Positions 28,384 through 38,053 of a stretch of DNA of 64,000 nt are shown in pieces. Below the pieces are notes generated by a model, which had not been told where the DNA came from, made no database searches, and was given only the letters and a program-made list of their open reading frames with translations. This DNA comes from Oligoflexia bacterium (GTDB taxonomy: Bacteria; Bdellovibrionota; UBA1018; CAIMNF01). Both the position numbers and the translations under genes were made by a program. Position 1 is the stretch's first letter; each line of letters begins with the position of its first letter. The stretch lies in contig CAIMWN010000266.1 in the NCBI GenBank assembly GCA_903845155.1, positions 3,517 to 67,516 on the forward strand, given 5' to 3'.

Positions 28384-30098
28384 CTTATGAATAGTTTACT
28401 CGATTTTGTTCTTCTGAAAAGTAGGAAATAAACTTTGGCCCCAATTGCAGTAAGAAAGGGAAGAAACCAAGCTAAGATGGATCCAAGTGGGATTTCTGAC
28501 TTGGGTGGATGCTGGCCATGTTTAAAATTGGCTGCATTCGCATTGCCGCAAAAACCAGCAGCATCTCGCGTGTTACCGGAACTTTTGACAGGTGAGCCCT
28601 CTGGCGACTGATAAACTCCTAGATCATCGGGCGGAGCGCATCTCGCATTACTGGGCAATTCGCTCGGGGCCGCTTTGGGTGAAGCATTGAAGGTAATGAC
28701 AAAATAGGGGACTGAGCTCGGAGTGATCGCGGGGGCCGGAAAGCCAGACGCGTGAGTGGCTTCGGCAGTCACTTTGACTTGAATGGGGCCATAGGCCTCG
28801 CCGGTGATTTTGCTATCAAAGATCTCGAAACTGGATTCTGCCCGATACATTGGGTTGGTGGTTTGAATCGGAATGATTTGTCCGCGTTCATCATAAACTT
28901 CAAGATTCACTTTAATCGGTGAGAGGAGAAGATAGGCGATCCCCGTAATTTGAAAGGGCCCGTGCGCATTGTATTGATAAACTTTAGTGGCCCCGACTTG
29001 AGTGCGGTCGACCAACATATCGGGTGTCGTTCGGATAGAAGAGAGAGGTACTGATTCCAATATTTCCTCACACTGAACTTTCATTTCACCCACTTCGGTA
29101 TTTAAACCTGACTGTACCAGATACTGATTGAGGTTGTGGCCGTCACTCGTGTTGAAATAAGTTGGAAAGCGATTTCCACTGCAGATTTGTGCAAAAGATT
29201 TGGCCTGAACTCCCGTAGGAACGGAATGTGTCGATCCTTGGAAGTGTTCAATCATGAGTGCGACACCCCCCGCTTCAAGGGCCCCAAAATAGAATCGACC
29301 ATTTTGGTCACTGTGAACAGACGCGATTGGAATTCCTCGTTGCTTTGATATTGCGGTGACCATGGCCCCCGCAACTGGATCGCCATTCGGTGCTAAAATG
29401 GTTCCGGTCAACGTACCTATCCCACTGAGATCCGAGGGATAGAGATGTCTCGCGCCGGCCCAGTCATCGCAGCCTATTTTTGATTGCTCTGCGTATTCAA
29501 CATAGAGCATGGAAGAATTGATATTTCCGCTATGGGACAAGCCGATTGCATGTCCAAGTTCGTGGGTGATGATGTTATTGAGGTAAACTTTCGGCCTTGA
29601 AAACTGGTGGTTGTGGCTTGAACTGGTATCATAAGGTGAGTTCGTCAGTTCATAATCGCGATCATTCAGCATGATATCTGCCTCAATGATGTCGCCATTG
29701 TTGCTGTTAAACCATAGTTTCGTGTACCCAATAATATTTTGATCAATGCTTTCTTGGGAGTTTGAAGCAAAGAAAATTGAACTTAAGCCATTATTTTTTA
29801 GGTTAGTTTCGTACTCTCCCGTAGTGCCTTGCCAATAATCAAAATCAACCATCCCGTGCGTGGCCCATTTCCATTGCTGAAGCCCGTCGACGACTGCAGA
29901 TCTAAATAGATCTGAGGGGAATCCGTCTCGTCCGGTAGGATTGCCCGCTAGAAAAAACTTTTGCCCATATTTCCACCGGATTTGCTTGCCTGTATCAGTG
30001 GTGGAAAGAGTATAGGCGAATGAGGTTTGAAGTTCAAAAATGGTCGAGAAGCTGAGCATTAAAAATAGAGGAACTGGCAAGAATTTCATTCGTGACAC
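28380..30098 (-). CDS. Matrixin (M10/metzincin) metalloprotease with carboxypeptidase-regulatory-like domain and C-terminal anchor
   Basis: IIEADIMLN, THELGHAIGLSHS, Met-turn SSMLY; G.LTGTI...G.PVAGAMV.A; C-terminal TM plus basic tail. Confidence 0.88.
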   Translation of the reverse strand: MSRMKFLPVPLFLMLSFSTIFELQTSFAYTLSTTDTGKQIRWKYGQKFFLAGNPTGRDGFPSDLFRSAVVDGLQQWKWATHGMVDFDYWQGTTGEYETNLKNNGLSSIFFASNSQESIDQNIIGYTKLWFNSNNGDIIEADIMLNDRDYELTNSPYDTSSSHNHQFSRPKVYLNNIITHELGHAIGLSHSGNINSSMLYVEYAEQSKIGCDDWAGARHLYPSDLSGIGTLTGTILAPNGDPVAGAMVTAISKQRGIPIASVHSDQNGRFYFGALEAGGVALMIEHFQGSTHSVPTGVQAKSFAQICSGNRFPTYFNTSDGHNLNQYLVQSGLNTEVGEMKVQCEEILESVPLSSIRTTPDMLVDRTQVGATKVYQYNAHGPFQITGIAYLLLSPIKVNLEVYDERGQIIPIQTTNPMYRAESSFEIFDSKITGEAYGPIQVKVTAEATHASGFPAPAITPSSVPYFVITFNASPKAAPSELPSNARCAPPDDLGVYQSPEGSPVKSSGNTRDAAGFCGNANAANFKHGQHPPKSEIPLGSILAWFLPFLTAIGAKVYFLLFRRTKSSKLFIR

Positions 30099-30124
30099 TA
30101 CGTATCACATCCGTGCCTAATTGC

Positions 30125-30934
30125 TCACTTTTTTCTGTATAAAATGAGTGCAACCCCAAGGACCGCCATAAGAAGTCCTATAGTCAAGTATAGGTAAGTG
30201 TTTGAACTTTTATCACTATTTTTAATATCTTGAGAAGGCTGCTCGGAATTTGAAGCTTGCAAACTTGGGTGGTTCGCACTACTCGCGGGGAGATTTTTTT
30301 TAGTGAAGTTGTTTTGGGCTGGAGGCGGCGGTGCAACTGGTTGCGATACTGGTGTCGCCCCTTGTTCGTGAATTAGTTTTCGTAAATCGGGTAGGGTCCA
30401 CGGTTTCCGGTTCTCGCTGATATCCACTCCGCTTTGGTCTTGATGTGGATCGGAAGAGTGATTCTCTCTTGCGCCGGAATAATTAAAAATTCCTCCCGTG
30501 AGGACCACTTGTCCGTTCTGGTCTTGAAGTCCATACTTTCCAAGTTCAAGTCCGGTCACCTCAAAGGAGTGGTCTTCCTTTTCAGGTCCCAAGAAGAGTA
30601 CGGTTTCTTCTCCCTCGGTAAACTCGGGGGAGCTTGGAATTTCAAGCGTCATTCCATCTTTGGAGCCGCCAATTTTTCTGATTAGAATTCGGTTGAAGTT
30701 GAGGGTACCCTTGAGCACTTCCTTTACATCGAGATTGGCAAAAGTATAAATGGTTTTCCCCCCTTCGTTGGTTAGGCCGTTTTCGACGTGAATATTCGAG
30801 ATCATGCCATGAACGATGAATGCTGTAGACTTCGTAAATTCACTGAAAGGACGAATGTAAAAACTAGTAGCTTCACAGAAGTTGAGTGAGAAGAGGGTTG
30901 CGGTCAGGGATACGAAAAGGAAGTGCAACTTCAT
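30125..30934 (-). CDS. Secreted, C-terminally anchored protein with matrixin-associated beta domain
   Basis: Signal peptide CEA-TS; IVHG.I, IYTFA.L.V.EVLKG, GG, P.F.EGEE.VLFL; Pro/Ser linker, TM helix, RKK. Confidence 0.65.
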   Translation of the reverse strand: MKLHFLFVSLTATLFSLNFCEATSFYIRPFSEFTKSTAFIVHGMISNIHVENGLTNEGGKTIYTFANLDVKEVLKGTLNFNRILIRKIGGSKDGMTLEIPSSPEFTEGEETVLFLGPEKEDHSFEVTGLELGKYGLQDQNGQVVLTGGIFNYSGARENHSSDPHQDQSGVDISENRKPWTLPDLRKLIHEQGATPVSQPVAPPPPAQNNFTKKNLPASSANHPSLQASNSEQPSQDIKNSDKSSNTYLYLTIGLLMAVLGVALILYRKK

Positions 30935-30963
30935 ATAAACTAGCGTATCAATAAAGCTATAAG

Positions 30964-32742
30964 ATGGCACTCGTTCCTCGCTCAGTACTTGAAAAAACTA
31001 AATCAAGCGTCATTTATTTGTTACTGTTTATTTGCTTGATTCTCGCGGTGATGGGTATTTACCGTGGTGGGATTCATTTATCTGAACTCAAAGCTGAAAC
31101 CGTTTTCCTTCCTGATCTTCCCGGAGCAATATTTCTCTCCTTAATGCGAATGACCGCCGCTTATCTTGCCTCGCTAGTATTTGCATATGTGTCAGGAATT
31201 CTTGCGGCAAGAACTGCTATCGGTGAGCGCGTAATTCTTCCGATTCTTGATATTTTACAGTCGGTTCCTGTGGTGGCCTTTTTTCCGGCCGCGATTAGTT
31301 TTTTCATTGGAATTGCCTCAGGTCATCGCATCGGTGTTGAAATGGCAGCGGTGTTTTTAATTTTTACTTCTCAAGCATGGAATATTGGCTTTGCAGTTTA
31401 TGAAGCGGTAAAAGCGATACCTGAGGAAAATGAAGAAGCCGTATCGAGTTTAGGCCTTTCTCAGAGTCAGCGTTTGTTCGGCTTATATATACCAGCATCC
31501 ATTCCCCGCGTCGTTTACAATTCCATGCTTTCTTGGTCGAACGGTTGGTTTTTTCTCGTCGCTTGTGAAATTATTGCGGTGGGTCCAGTAAGGTATAATT
31601 TGCCTGGAATTGGTAGCTTTTTAGCGAAGGCTGCCGAAGACGAAAATATACCGCTCGTGTTGTGGGGGCTACTCGCGCTCGCGGTCGTCATCCTCCTTCT
31701 TGATTTCCTGATGTGGCGCCCACTTCTGATTTGGTCCAACCGCTTTAGGCAAGATGCGACTGCTAATCAAGACGCCGAGGATGTGGGTGTGTTTTTGAAT
31801 CTCCCGAAAACAATTGCAACGCGTCTCTCTTTTTTAACTGAACCGATTCTCAAAATTATTTTTGCCCTCACTTTCCCCATTCGGTGGATGTTCCGTGAAA
31901 TCTTATTTCCACTGTTTTGGGATTTGCCCACCGCACTCCTCTCGGGTCTTTGGTTTGAAGTGAGTCGCCCCGTGGAGCCGCTCTTTCAAAGAACTCAAAA
32001 AATTAGAACCGCGATCGGTTTTTTTGCTTTAGGTTTTTTGGTGGTTCTCGGATTTTTTTATATTTGGAATTCATTTAAGGGGCCGCTTCCTCCGGTCATT
32101 GCTGATATTCCCATGGGCATATTTTATTCGACGATGAGAATTTTTGTGGCGCTTCTGATTTCATTTTCTTGGATTCTGCCGCTCATATATTTTACTTGGA
32201 ATAGGCCTAAAATTCGCCATATTCTGACTACTATTGCCCAGTTAGGAGCATCTCTTCCTGCGACGGCACTCTTTCCGTTGATTGTGCTTGTGGGTGTACG
32301 TCGCTTTGGTGGGGGGATGGATTTTGCGACCCTAGTCCTGCTCACGTTTGGAATTCAGTGGTACATTTTGTTTAATGCAATAGGTGGGGTGGCGATTATT
32401 CCTTCCGATTTAATTGATGCCACTCGAGCATATGGCTTAACCCCATTTCAAACTTTTAGAAAACTTGTGCTTCCGTCCATTAGGCCCGCGCTCATCACGG
32501 GCGCGATCACCGCATGGGGTGGTGGGTGGAACGCGCTCGTAGTGGCCGAATATATTAGTGTTAAAAATCAAGTTATGAAGGTGAAGGGTTTGGGTGCACT
32601 TTTAAGTTATTCGGTGTATGAATTAGGGGATGGAAAGGCAATTTCACTTTGTATTATTGTGATGGTTGCCTGGATTTTAATTTTTAATTTATTATTATGG
32701 CAACCGCTTTACCACCGGAGTTTGGAAAAGTATAAACTGTGA
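30964..32742 (+). CDS. ABC transporter permease with two TM domains (nitrate/sulfonate-type)
   Basis: LPILDILQSVPV, IFTSQAWN, SWSNGWFFLVACE; second half QWYILFN...LITGAITAWGGGWNA. Confidence 0.92.
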   Translation: MALVPRSVLEKTKSSVIYLLLFICLILAVMGIYRGGIHLSELKAETVFLPDLPGAIFLSLMRMTAAYLASLVFAYVSGILAARTAIGERVILPILDILQSVPVVAFFPAAISFFIGIASGHRIGVEMAAVFLIFTSQAWNIGFAVYEAVKAIPEENEEAVSSLGLSQSQRLFGLYIPASIPRVVYNSMLSWSNGWFFLVACEIIAVGPVRYNLPGIGSFLAKAAEDENIPLVLWGLLALAVVILLLDFLMWRPLLIWSNRFRQDATANQDAEDVGVFLNLPKTIATRLSFLTEPILKIIFALTFPIRWMFREILFPLFWDLPTALLSGLWFEVSRPVEPLFQRTQKIRTAIGFFALGFLVVLGFFYIWNSFKGPLPPVIADIPMGIFYSTMRIFVALLISFSWILPLIYFTWNRPKIRHILTTIAQLGASLPATALFPLIVLVGVRRFGGGMDFATLVLLTFGIQWYILFNAIGGVAIIPSDLIDATRAYGLTPFQTFRKLVLPSIRPALITGAITAWGGGWNALVVAEYISVKNQVMKVKGLGALLSYSVYELGDGKAISLCIIVMVAWILIFNLLLWQPLYHRSLEKYKL

Positions 32743-33518
32743 CAAATCCTCACTTAAATCAAACTGAAGAAACGATCATTGAAATGAAAAATGTTTCAAA
32801 GAACTTCATGCTCCCTCAGGGGCAGGTGACAGTTCTTGAGAATATTTCTTTCAAGGCGGTAGAGGGTGAGTTTGTCGCCATTGTTGGGCCATCAGGCGCA
32901 GGTAAAAGTACCCTCTTAAGGCTAATGAACGGTCTCCTTGCTCCAAGTGTAGGGAACGTTCTTTATCAAGGTAAAGAGCAGCATGGAATCAATTTTGAAT
33001 CGGCGATGGTGTTTCAAAACTTTGGTCTTTTACCTTGGTTGACTGTCGCTCAAAATATTGAACTCGGTCTTGAGGCGCGAACCAAGGATGCAGCGCTAAA
33101 AAAAGAGAAGGTGAATCGATATATCACCAAAGTAGGATTAGATGGATATGAAGAAGCATATCCGAGAGAACTTTCAGGGGGGATGAAGCAAAGGGTGGGA
33201 CTAGCGCGAGCACTCGCGATTGAACCGTCTTTGCTGCTCATGGACGAGCCATTTTCATCATTAGATGTGTTAACATCTATTAACCTTCGGAACGAATTAC
33301 TCGACATTTGGAGTGATCGAGATAACGTCGTAAATACAATGATCATGGTCACACACATCATTGAAGAAGCGATTGAGCTCGCCGATCGGATTATTATTTT
33401 ATCCAATCGACCGGGTAAAGTTGTGGGGGACATTAAAATTGACTTGCCACGTCCCAGGCAAAAACGTGATAAAAGGTTTATCGAATATGTGGATCGAATA
33501 TTCTCGCTGCTTGCGTGA
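32739..33518 (+). CDS. ABC transporter ATP-binding protein (NitT/TauT-type)
   Basis: GPSGAGKST, LSGGMKQRV, LLLMDEPF, VTH. Confidence 0.96.
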   Translation: MTNPHLNQTEETIIEMKNVSKNFMLPQGQVTVLENISFKAVEGEFVAIVGPSGAGKSTLLRLMNGLLAPSVGNVLYQGKEQHGINFESAMVFQNFGLLPWLTVAQNIELGLEARTKDAALKKEKVNRYITKVGLDGYEEAYPRELSGGMKQRVGLARALAIEPSLLLMDEPFSSLDVLTSINLRNELLDIWSDRDNVVNTMIMVTHIIEEAIELADRIIILSNRPGKVVGDIKIDLPRPRQKRDKRFIEYVDRIFSLLA

Positions 33519-33560
33519 TTTATTAGAATTTTCAGTTCGAGATGGTATAACGGAGTACAT

Positions 33561-34082
33561 ATGAAATCATCGGAGGGGGATACGGTTCCCCCACAATCGC
33601 TTCCTGAAATTGGCATTAGCCAGATATTGGGTTTGGTAGAATTACTTATCGGTAAAGAGGGTGCTCGTGAAGACATCTATCGCTTAGCAGGCGAACTCTC
33701 GATGGAGCTTGGTGAAACACTCACCGTCATCAAAGCAGCAGAAATGCTCGGCCTCGTTCACACTCCAGGTGGAGATGTGGTCGTAGAGGCTTTTGGAACT
33801 AAAGTAATTGATGCCAGCATTCCTGAGCGAAAAGAACTCCTTCGCGAGAAAATTGAATTACTTCCCGTTTTCAAAAAAGTACGCGAATTTTTAGCGACTG
33901 AAGAAAATCACGAAGTGACCCGTGAACAAGTCTCAGAAAAGCTCGCAGAACTCATTCCCAATGAAGATGCAGAATCATCGTTTAGTACGCTCGTAAACTG
34001 GGGCCGCTATGCAGAATTGTTTGGGTACAATGATGATTCCCAGACGTTTTATTTAGATACAGACGAAGATCGCGGCGAATAG
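33561..34082 (+). CDS. Stand-alone AAA-associated domain protein (NitT/TauT ATPase C-terminal-like)
   Basis: ISQILGLVELL...DIYRLA.EL...L.VIKAAEMLG, TLVNWGRYAELFGY. Confidence 0.8.
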   Translation: MKSSEGDTVPPQSLPEIGISQILGLVELLIGKEGAREDIYRLAGELSMELGETLTVIKAAEMLGLVHTPGGDVVVEAFGTKVIDASIPERKELLREKIELLPVFKKVREFLATEENHEVTREQVSEKLAELIPNEDAESSFSTLVNWGRYAELFGYNDDSQTFYLDTDEDRGE

Positions 34083-34430
34083 ATTTTAAAGATCGCAAAC
34101 CTTGATTATGGACAATCATTTCTCGGTTAGGCTTCCTGATTTGCTTCACTCGCATCGTGCTCGTGACAGGATATTAAATCCTGGCGCACGCTTCGGGCTC
34201 ATGCCCTCATCGTATTCGCTTAAGCCTTCGCGAACTGGGGAGTTCGCTTCAATGGGCCGCTCAAAAAGTCGCAATTCCTTTATTATAAATAGAGGAGCCG
34301 CAAACAATTTAGATCAGGATCGTCGCCCCCAATCTTAAGCCGCTTAAAACTTATTCGTTTCGATTTCAATCTAGTTGTCCCAACGGCCATTAAACAAAAT
34401 GTCGTTTGGTTTAATGTCTTGGTATATCTC

Positions 34431-35314
34431 TTACCAACTCGGGTCGTCTTTATACTTTTGAAGAGGGTCGATTTTTGGTTTGGGAGAAATAAGTTCAATG
34501 ATTTTTTTAGGTGCCCAAAGAACATCGAAGTTGGCAACGGCACCCACTTCTCCGCCGCCTATAGTGGGAACGATGGTGGTGCTCAGGCCCTGAAGTGGAC
34601 CTAAACTTGGGTTAAATTTGCTTTGGTGGAAATTACGGTAAAAGTTGAGACCGTTCTCAATAGTAAATTTCGGATCCTTCTCCAATGAAGCAAAGCCGGG
34701 TTCCTTGATTTCAAACTGAAAGCTGCAGAGTACATCAAACTTTTCATGAAATGTGAGTTTTGCTGCTGGGATGGGATCTTGAAATGCGTGTCGAAGTGTT
34801 CTTGCGACTAAAACTTTTAGAACATTTGAGCTCGTTTTATATTCTGTTTCATTTTCTAAAAGTTTCCACTACCTGAAAACCAAATCCTTGCACTGACCAT
34901 TCCGACTACTTTTTGATCAATCAGCTCAGAGGGGTAAACTAAATGCCCGTCGATGGTTTTAAATATGTAATCATAGAGTTTCAGATTTTTGGTTTCGCGG
35001 GCGAAGTTAACTGAGGGCATGGCGAGAGATGTGCCACCGATGGGCTGAGTGTTCAAGTTATACTTTAATCCAAGTGAATCCAGCGTGACAGCTGGTCTGC
35101 CTTCGCCTTTGGTCGCGCGCTTGATGAATGTCCTCTGTTTTTGAGTGAGAGCTTTATCGGTAGTTGATTCAATTTTAACAAATTCAATTTCAATAGGTTG
35201 AAAGTATGTTTTTGGAATAAGGGGAGTGAGGAGGAGTAACGCCAACCCGAACACTAAGAGGTGTGCGGAAAGTGACAGTTTGAGTGGTGCTGGCAATCGA
35301 AGTATCGAAGTCAC
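34431..35314 (-). pseudogene. TonB-C-like membrane-anchored protein split by one frameshift at about 34858
   Basis: 5' part has TM SLSAHLL and IDGHLVYPSELIDQKVVG.V; stops at AAC TTT TAG; the -1 frame stays open from there to TAA at 34431. Confidence 0.65.
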
Positions 35315-35559
35315 AGTGACAAGCTAGCATGGTCCCGTATTTTTGCAATCGTGATGAATTCAGACCGATTTTAACACATGATCGTGCCGCCTCGCCTAGC
35401 GATTCTTGAAATCGCAATTTGCGATATCAAGTTCAGGCTGGGGAGGCAGGAGGACTGCTCCTCTAGTCTTCACTGCAATTCGCGAGTTAATGTCAAATCA
35501 TTCCGTACCTAGGAAAAGAATTATTGGGTTAGGAAACCCTGATAATTGAGCCTTGCGAT

Positions 35560-36792
35560 TTAAACTGCCGTAGATTCACGATCATTCTTTTCCATCGTAT
35601 CAACCACAATCGACAAGGTCATATCGCTGAGCACATTCACCACCGAGCGGCCGCGGGCGACGATCCAATCTACAGTGAGTAATAGCGGCAGCTGATCAGT
35701 GGGGATTCCTACGGCAGTGGCAACAATCGAGAGCGAAATAAAGCCAGCCTCCGGGATGCCGCCGATTCCCATGGCCGCCAGTAAGGAAATTGCGCAAGCC
35801 ATGAATTGTTGGCCAAAGCTCAAATGAATTCCATTGGCTTGGGCTAGGAACAGGACTCCCATTGCTTCGTAAAGTATCACGCCATCGTTGTTGAGATTGG
35901 TGGCTATTCCAGCCCCGAGCGCTGAAGCGGAGGGGGAAATTTTTAAAGTATCGAGTGATTTAAGTGTAAGCGGGAGGGTGGCCAATGATGAGTTTACGCT
36001 AAAGGCGTAAGTGAGGGCGTCTTTGCTCGCATTCCAGAAATCGCGCAAAGGGATTCTGGAATACTTAATAATCCAAAACCCATAAACGAGGACAGCGTGC
36101 AAGGTTAAGCCACCCAGTGCCACGACGAGGTACATAAAGAGAGCTCTCATGGGCGCAAACCCATACTGGTGAATTGAGCTTCCAATCGCGGCGAAAACAG
36201 CAAGTGGAACGAGAGCAATGATCATTGATAAAAATCGTTCTAGCGTTTTTTTAATCAAAGTAAACGAAGAGCGTTCGTCAGCCCTGGAGTGGCCATAGGC
36301 TTCCGCGCGCACCTTTTTTATAATTAAGCCTAATACGAGCGCAAATACAGCAAGAAAAAGAATGTCATTTTTCAAAAACGGGTCCAAGAGGCTTCGGGGG
36401 GCAAACTGCTGAATGAAGCCAGAAAGCGAGAAGGTGCCACCGCCTTCATTGATGGTGTCGTGCATGTTGTTTGAAAAAACTTGAAAGTGTAAGCCAGGTT
36501 GAAAAATATTCGAAAATAAAAGTCCGATGATGAGTGCAATGTAAGAATTAATGACCGCAACGGTGATCACTCTTTTTCCCATTCTCCAATTTAATTCCGT
36601 ATTCAGAACAGACAGGATCACCATAAAAAATAAATAAGGTGCCGCTGCAATTTTAATCAGCTGGATGATGGATTTCCCTAAGGTAACCAAGGCGTCTGGC
36701 CAAATGGTAAGGCGTGACCCCAACACCATTCCTAAAACCATGGCAATCAGAATGATGCTCGACATTTTTTTTCTAGAGAGGAGTGTAGTCAT
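35560..36792 (-). CDS. Dicarboxylate/amino acid:cation symporter (DAACS)
   Basis: AFSVNSSLATLPLT, ATNLNNDG..LYEA, G.GGIPEAG, VDW..ARGRSVVNV.SD. Confidence 0.92.
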   Translation of the reverse strand: MTTLLSRKKMSSIILIAMVLGMVLGSRLTIWPDALVTLGKSIIQLIKIAAAPYLFFMVILSVLNTELNWRMGKRVITVAVINSYIALIIGLLFSNIFQPGLHFQVFSNNMHDTINEGGGTFSLSGFIQQFAPRSLLDPFLKNDILFLAVFALVLGLIIKKVRAEAYGHSRADERSSFTLIKKTLERFLSMIIALVPLAVFAAIGSSIHQYGFAPMRALFMYLVVALGGLTLHAVLVYGFWIIKYSRIPLRDFWNASKDALTYAFSVNSSLATLPLTLKSLDTLKISPSASALGAGIATNLNNDGVILYEAMGVLFLAQANGIHLSFGQQFMACAISLLAAMGIGGIPEAGFISLSIVATAVGIPTDQLPLLLTVDWIVARGRSVVNVLSDMTLSIVVDTMEKNDRESTAV

Positions 36793-36862
36793 GCTGAAAT
36801 TGTACTCAGAAATCTGAAGATTTGCGAAACAATAAAGGGTATTTGCAAGCCTATTTAGAAAA

Positions 36863-38053
36863 CTAAACTGAACGCTTTAGTGTAAAGTGAGTGACTTCGC
36901 CCGGAATTCCGAGACGATTCGGTGGACCCCAAAAGCCAGTTCCGCGATTCACATAGAGTTGAGTGATGTCGTTGATGTGGTAGTGGCCTTCAAAGTGCTT
37001 CAAATAAATTCGGGCAATGAATGTAAATGGATAAAATTGCCCTGCATGTGTGTGGCCAGAAACTTGGAAATGAACTCCGGCCGCTGTGGCACCGTCAATG
37101 CTGTAGGGGTTGTGCGCGAGAAGAATCTTGCAATCAACAGGAAGGTTAGTTTTTACTGCTTTGAAGGGATTGGTGGCGTGTTCAGCTGAATACCTGCCGC
37201 CATGCCAATCATAAACGCCTGCGATCATTAAATGTGAATCGCTGCCATCAGTGGAGGGACGCGTGAGGATGGTATTGGTATTTTTAAAAACGTGAATCCC
37301 CATGGATTCAATGTGAGCGACCCATTCTTCAACCCCGGAGTAATATTCATGGTTGCCTGTGCAGAAGTAGATGCCTTCCTTTGCCTTTAAGCGCGAGAGG
37401 GGGGCCACATGTTGGCTCAGTTGTTCGACGGTGCCATCTACTAAGTCGCCCGTAATAAATATGAGATCAGGATTTAAACTCATGACCTGATCGACGACCG
37501 AATTTAAGGCACCTTCATGAATCAGGGGGCCGATATGCACGTCCGAAATTTGGGCAATCGTTAGCCCATCAAAGGATGGAGGTAGTGTTTTTAATTGGAT
37601 GGTGACATGAGTAATTTTCGGCCCCATTTTCGCCTGAATTAGTCCTCCAATAGTAGATAACGTGGTCACGGCGAGTATGCTTTGGGTAACCCCCTCGGTG
37701 AGAAAGCTTCTCTTTTCAGCTTTGAAAGGGAGGCGCGCAAGTCTAACTACAGCATTGATGATTTCCGCCGCAAGTAAAGTAATGAGCACAACGCCCACCC
37801 AACCCATGAAAAAATATTGCAAAAATTGGAGTAAATAGGTGAAGGGATCCGCCGGATTGTTTTGAGTAATCCGATAGTGGAGTGGTGCTGCGATCATTAC
37901 TGCAGTGATCACCACCAGCAGGGCTAGAAATCTGAGTCGCCCCTGTCTTGAAAGATTGAGTCTGCTTCTGAGTATTCTATAAATAGTACCGCAAATGAGG
38001 ATCGCAATTAAACTGTATGCAGATGCATAGCGGAGCAGAAGCGCATTACTCAT
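36863..38053 (-). CDS. Membrane-bound metallophosphoesterase (YkuE/YaeI-like)
   Basis: SDVHIG, TGDLVDG, GNHEYY, LAHNP, SGHTHAGQ. Confidence 0.93.
   Translation of the reverse strand: MSNALLLRYASAYSLIAILICGTIYRILRSRLNLSRQGRLRFLALLVVITAVMIAAPLHYRITQNNPADPFTYLLQFLQYFFMGWVGVVLITLLAAEIINAVVRLARLPFKAEKRSFLTEGVTQSILAVTTLSTIGGLIQAKMGPKITHVTIQLKTLPPSFDGLTIAQISDVHIGPLIHEGALNSVVDQVMSLNPDLIFITGDLVDGTVEQLSQHVAPLSRLKAKEGIYFCTGNHEYYSGVEEWVAHIESMGIHVFKNTNTILTRPSTDGSDSHLMIAGVYDWHGGRYSAEHATNPFKAVKTNLPVDCKILLAHNPYSIDGATAAGVHFQVSGHTHAGQFYPFTFIARIYLKHFEGHYHINDITQLYVNRGTGFWGPPNRLGIPGEVTHFTLKRSV

Noticed and set aside
34102..34604. Short ORFs 34102-34338, 34283-34543 and 34419-34604
   Set aside because: No recognisable motifs; they overlap the hairpin cluster or the 3' half of the frameshifted TonB-like gene.
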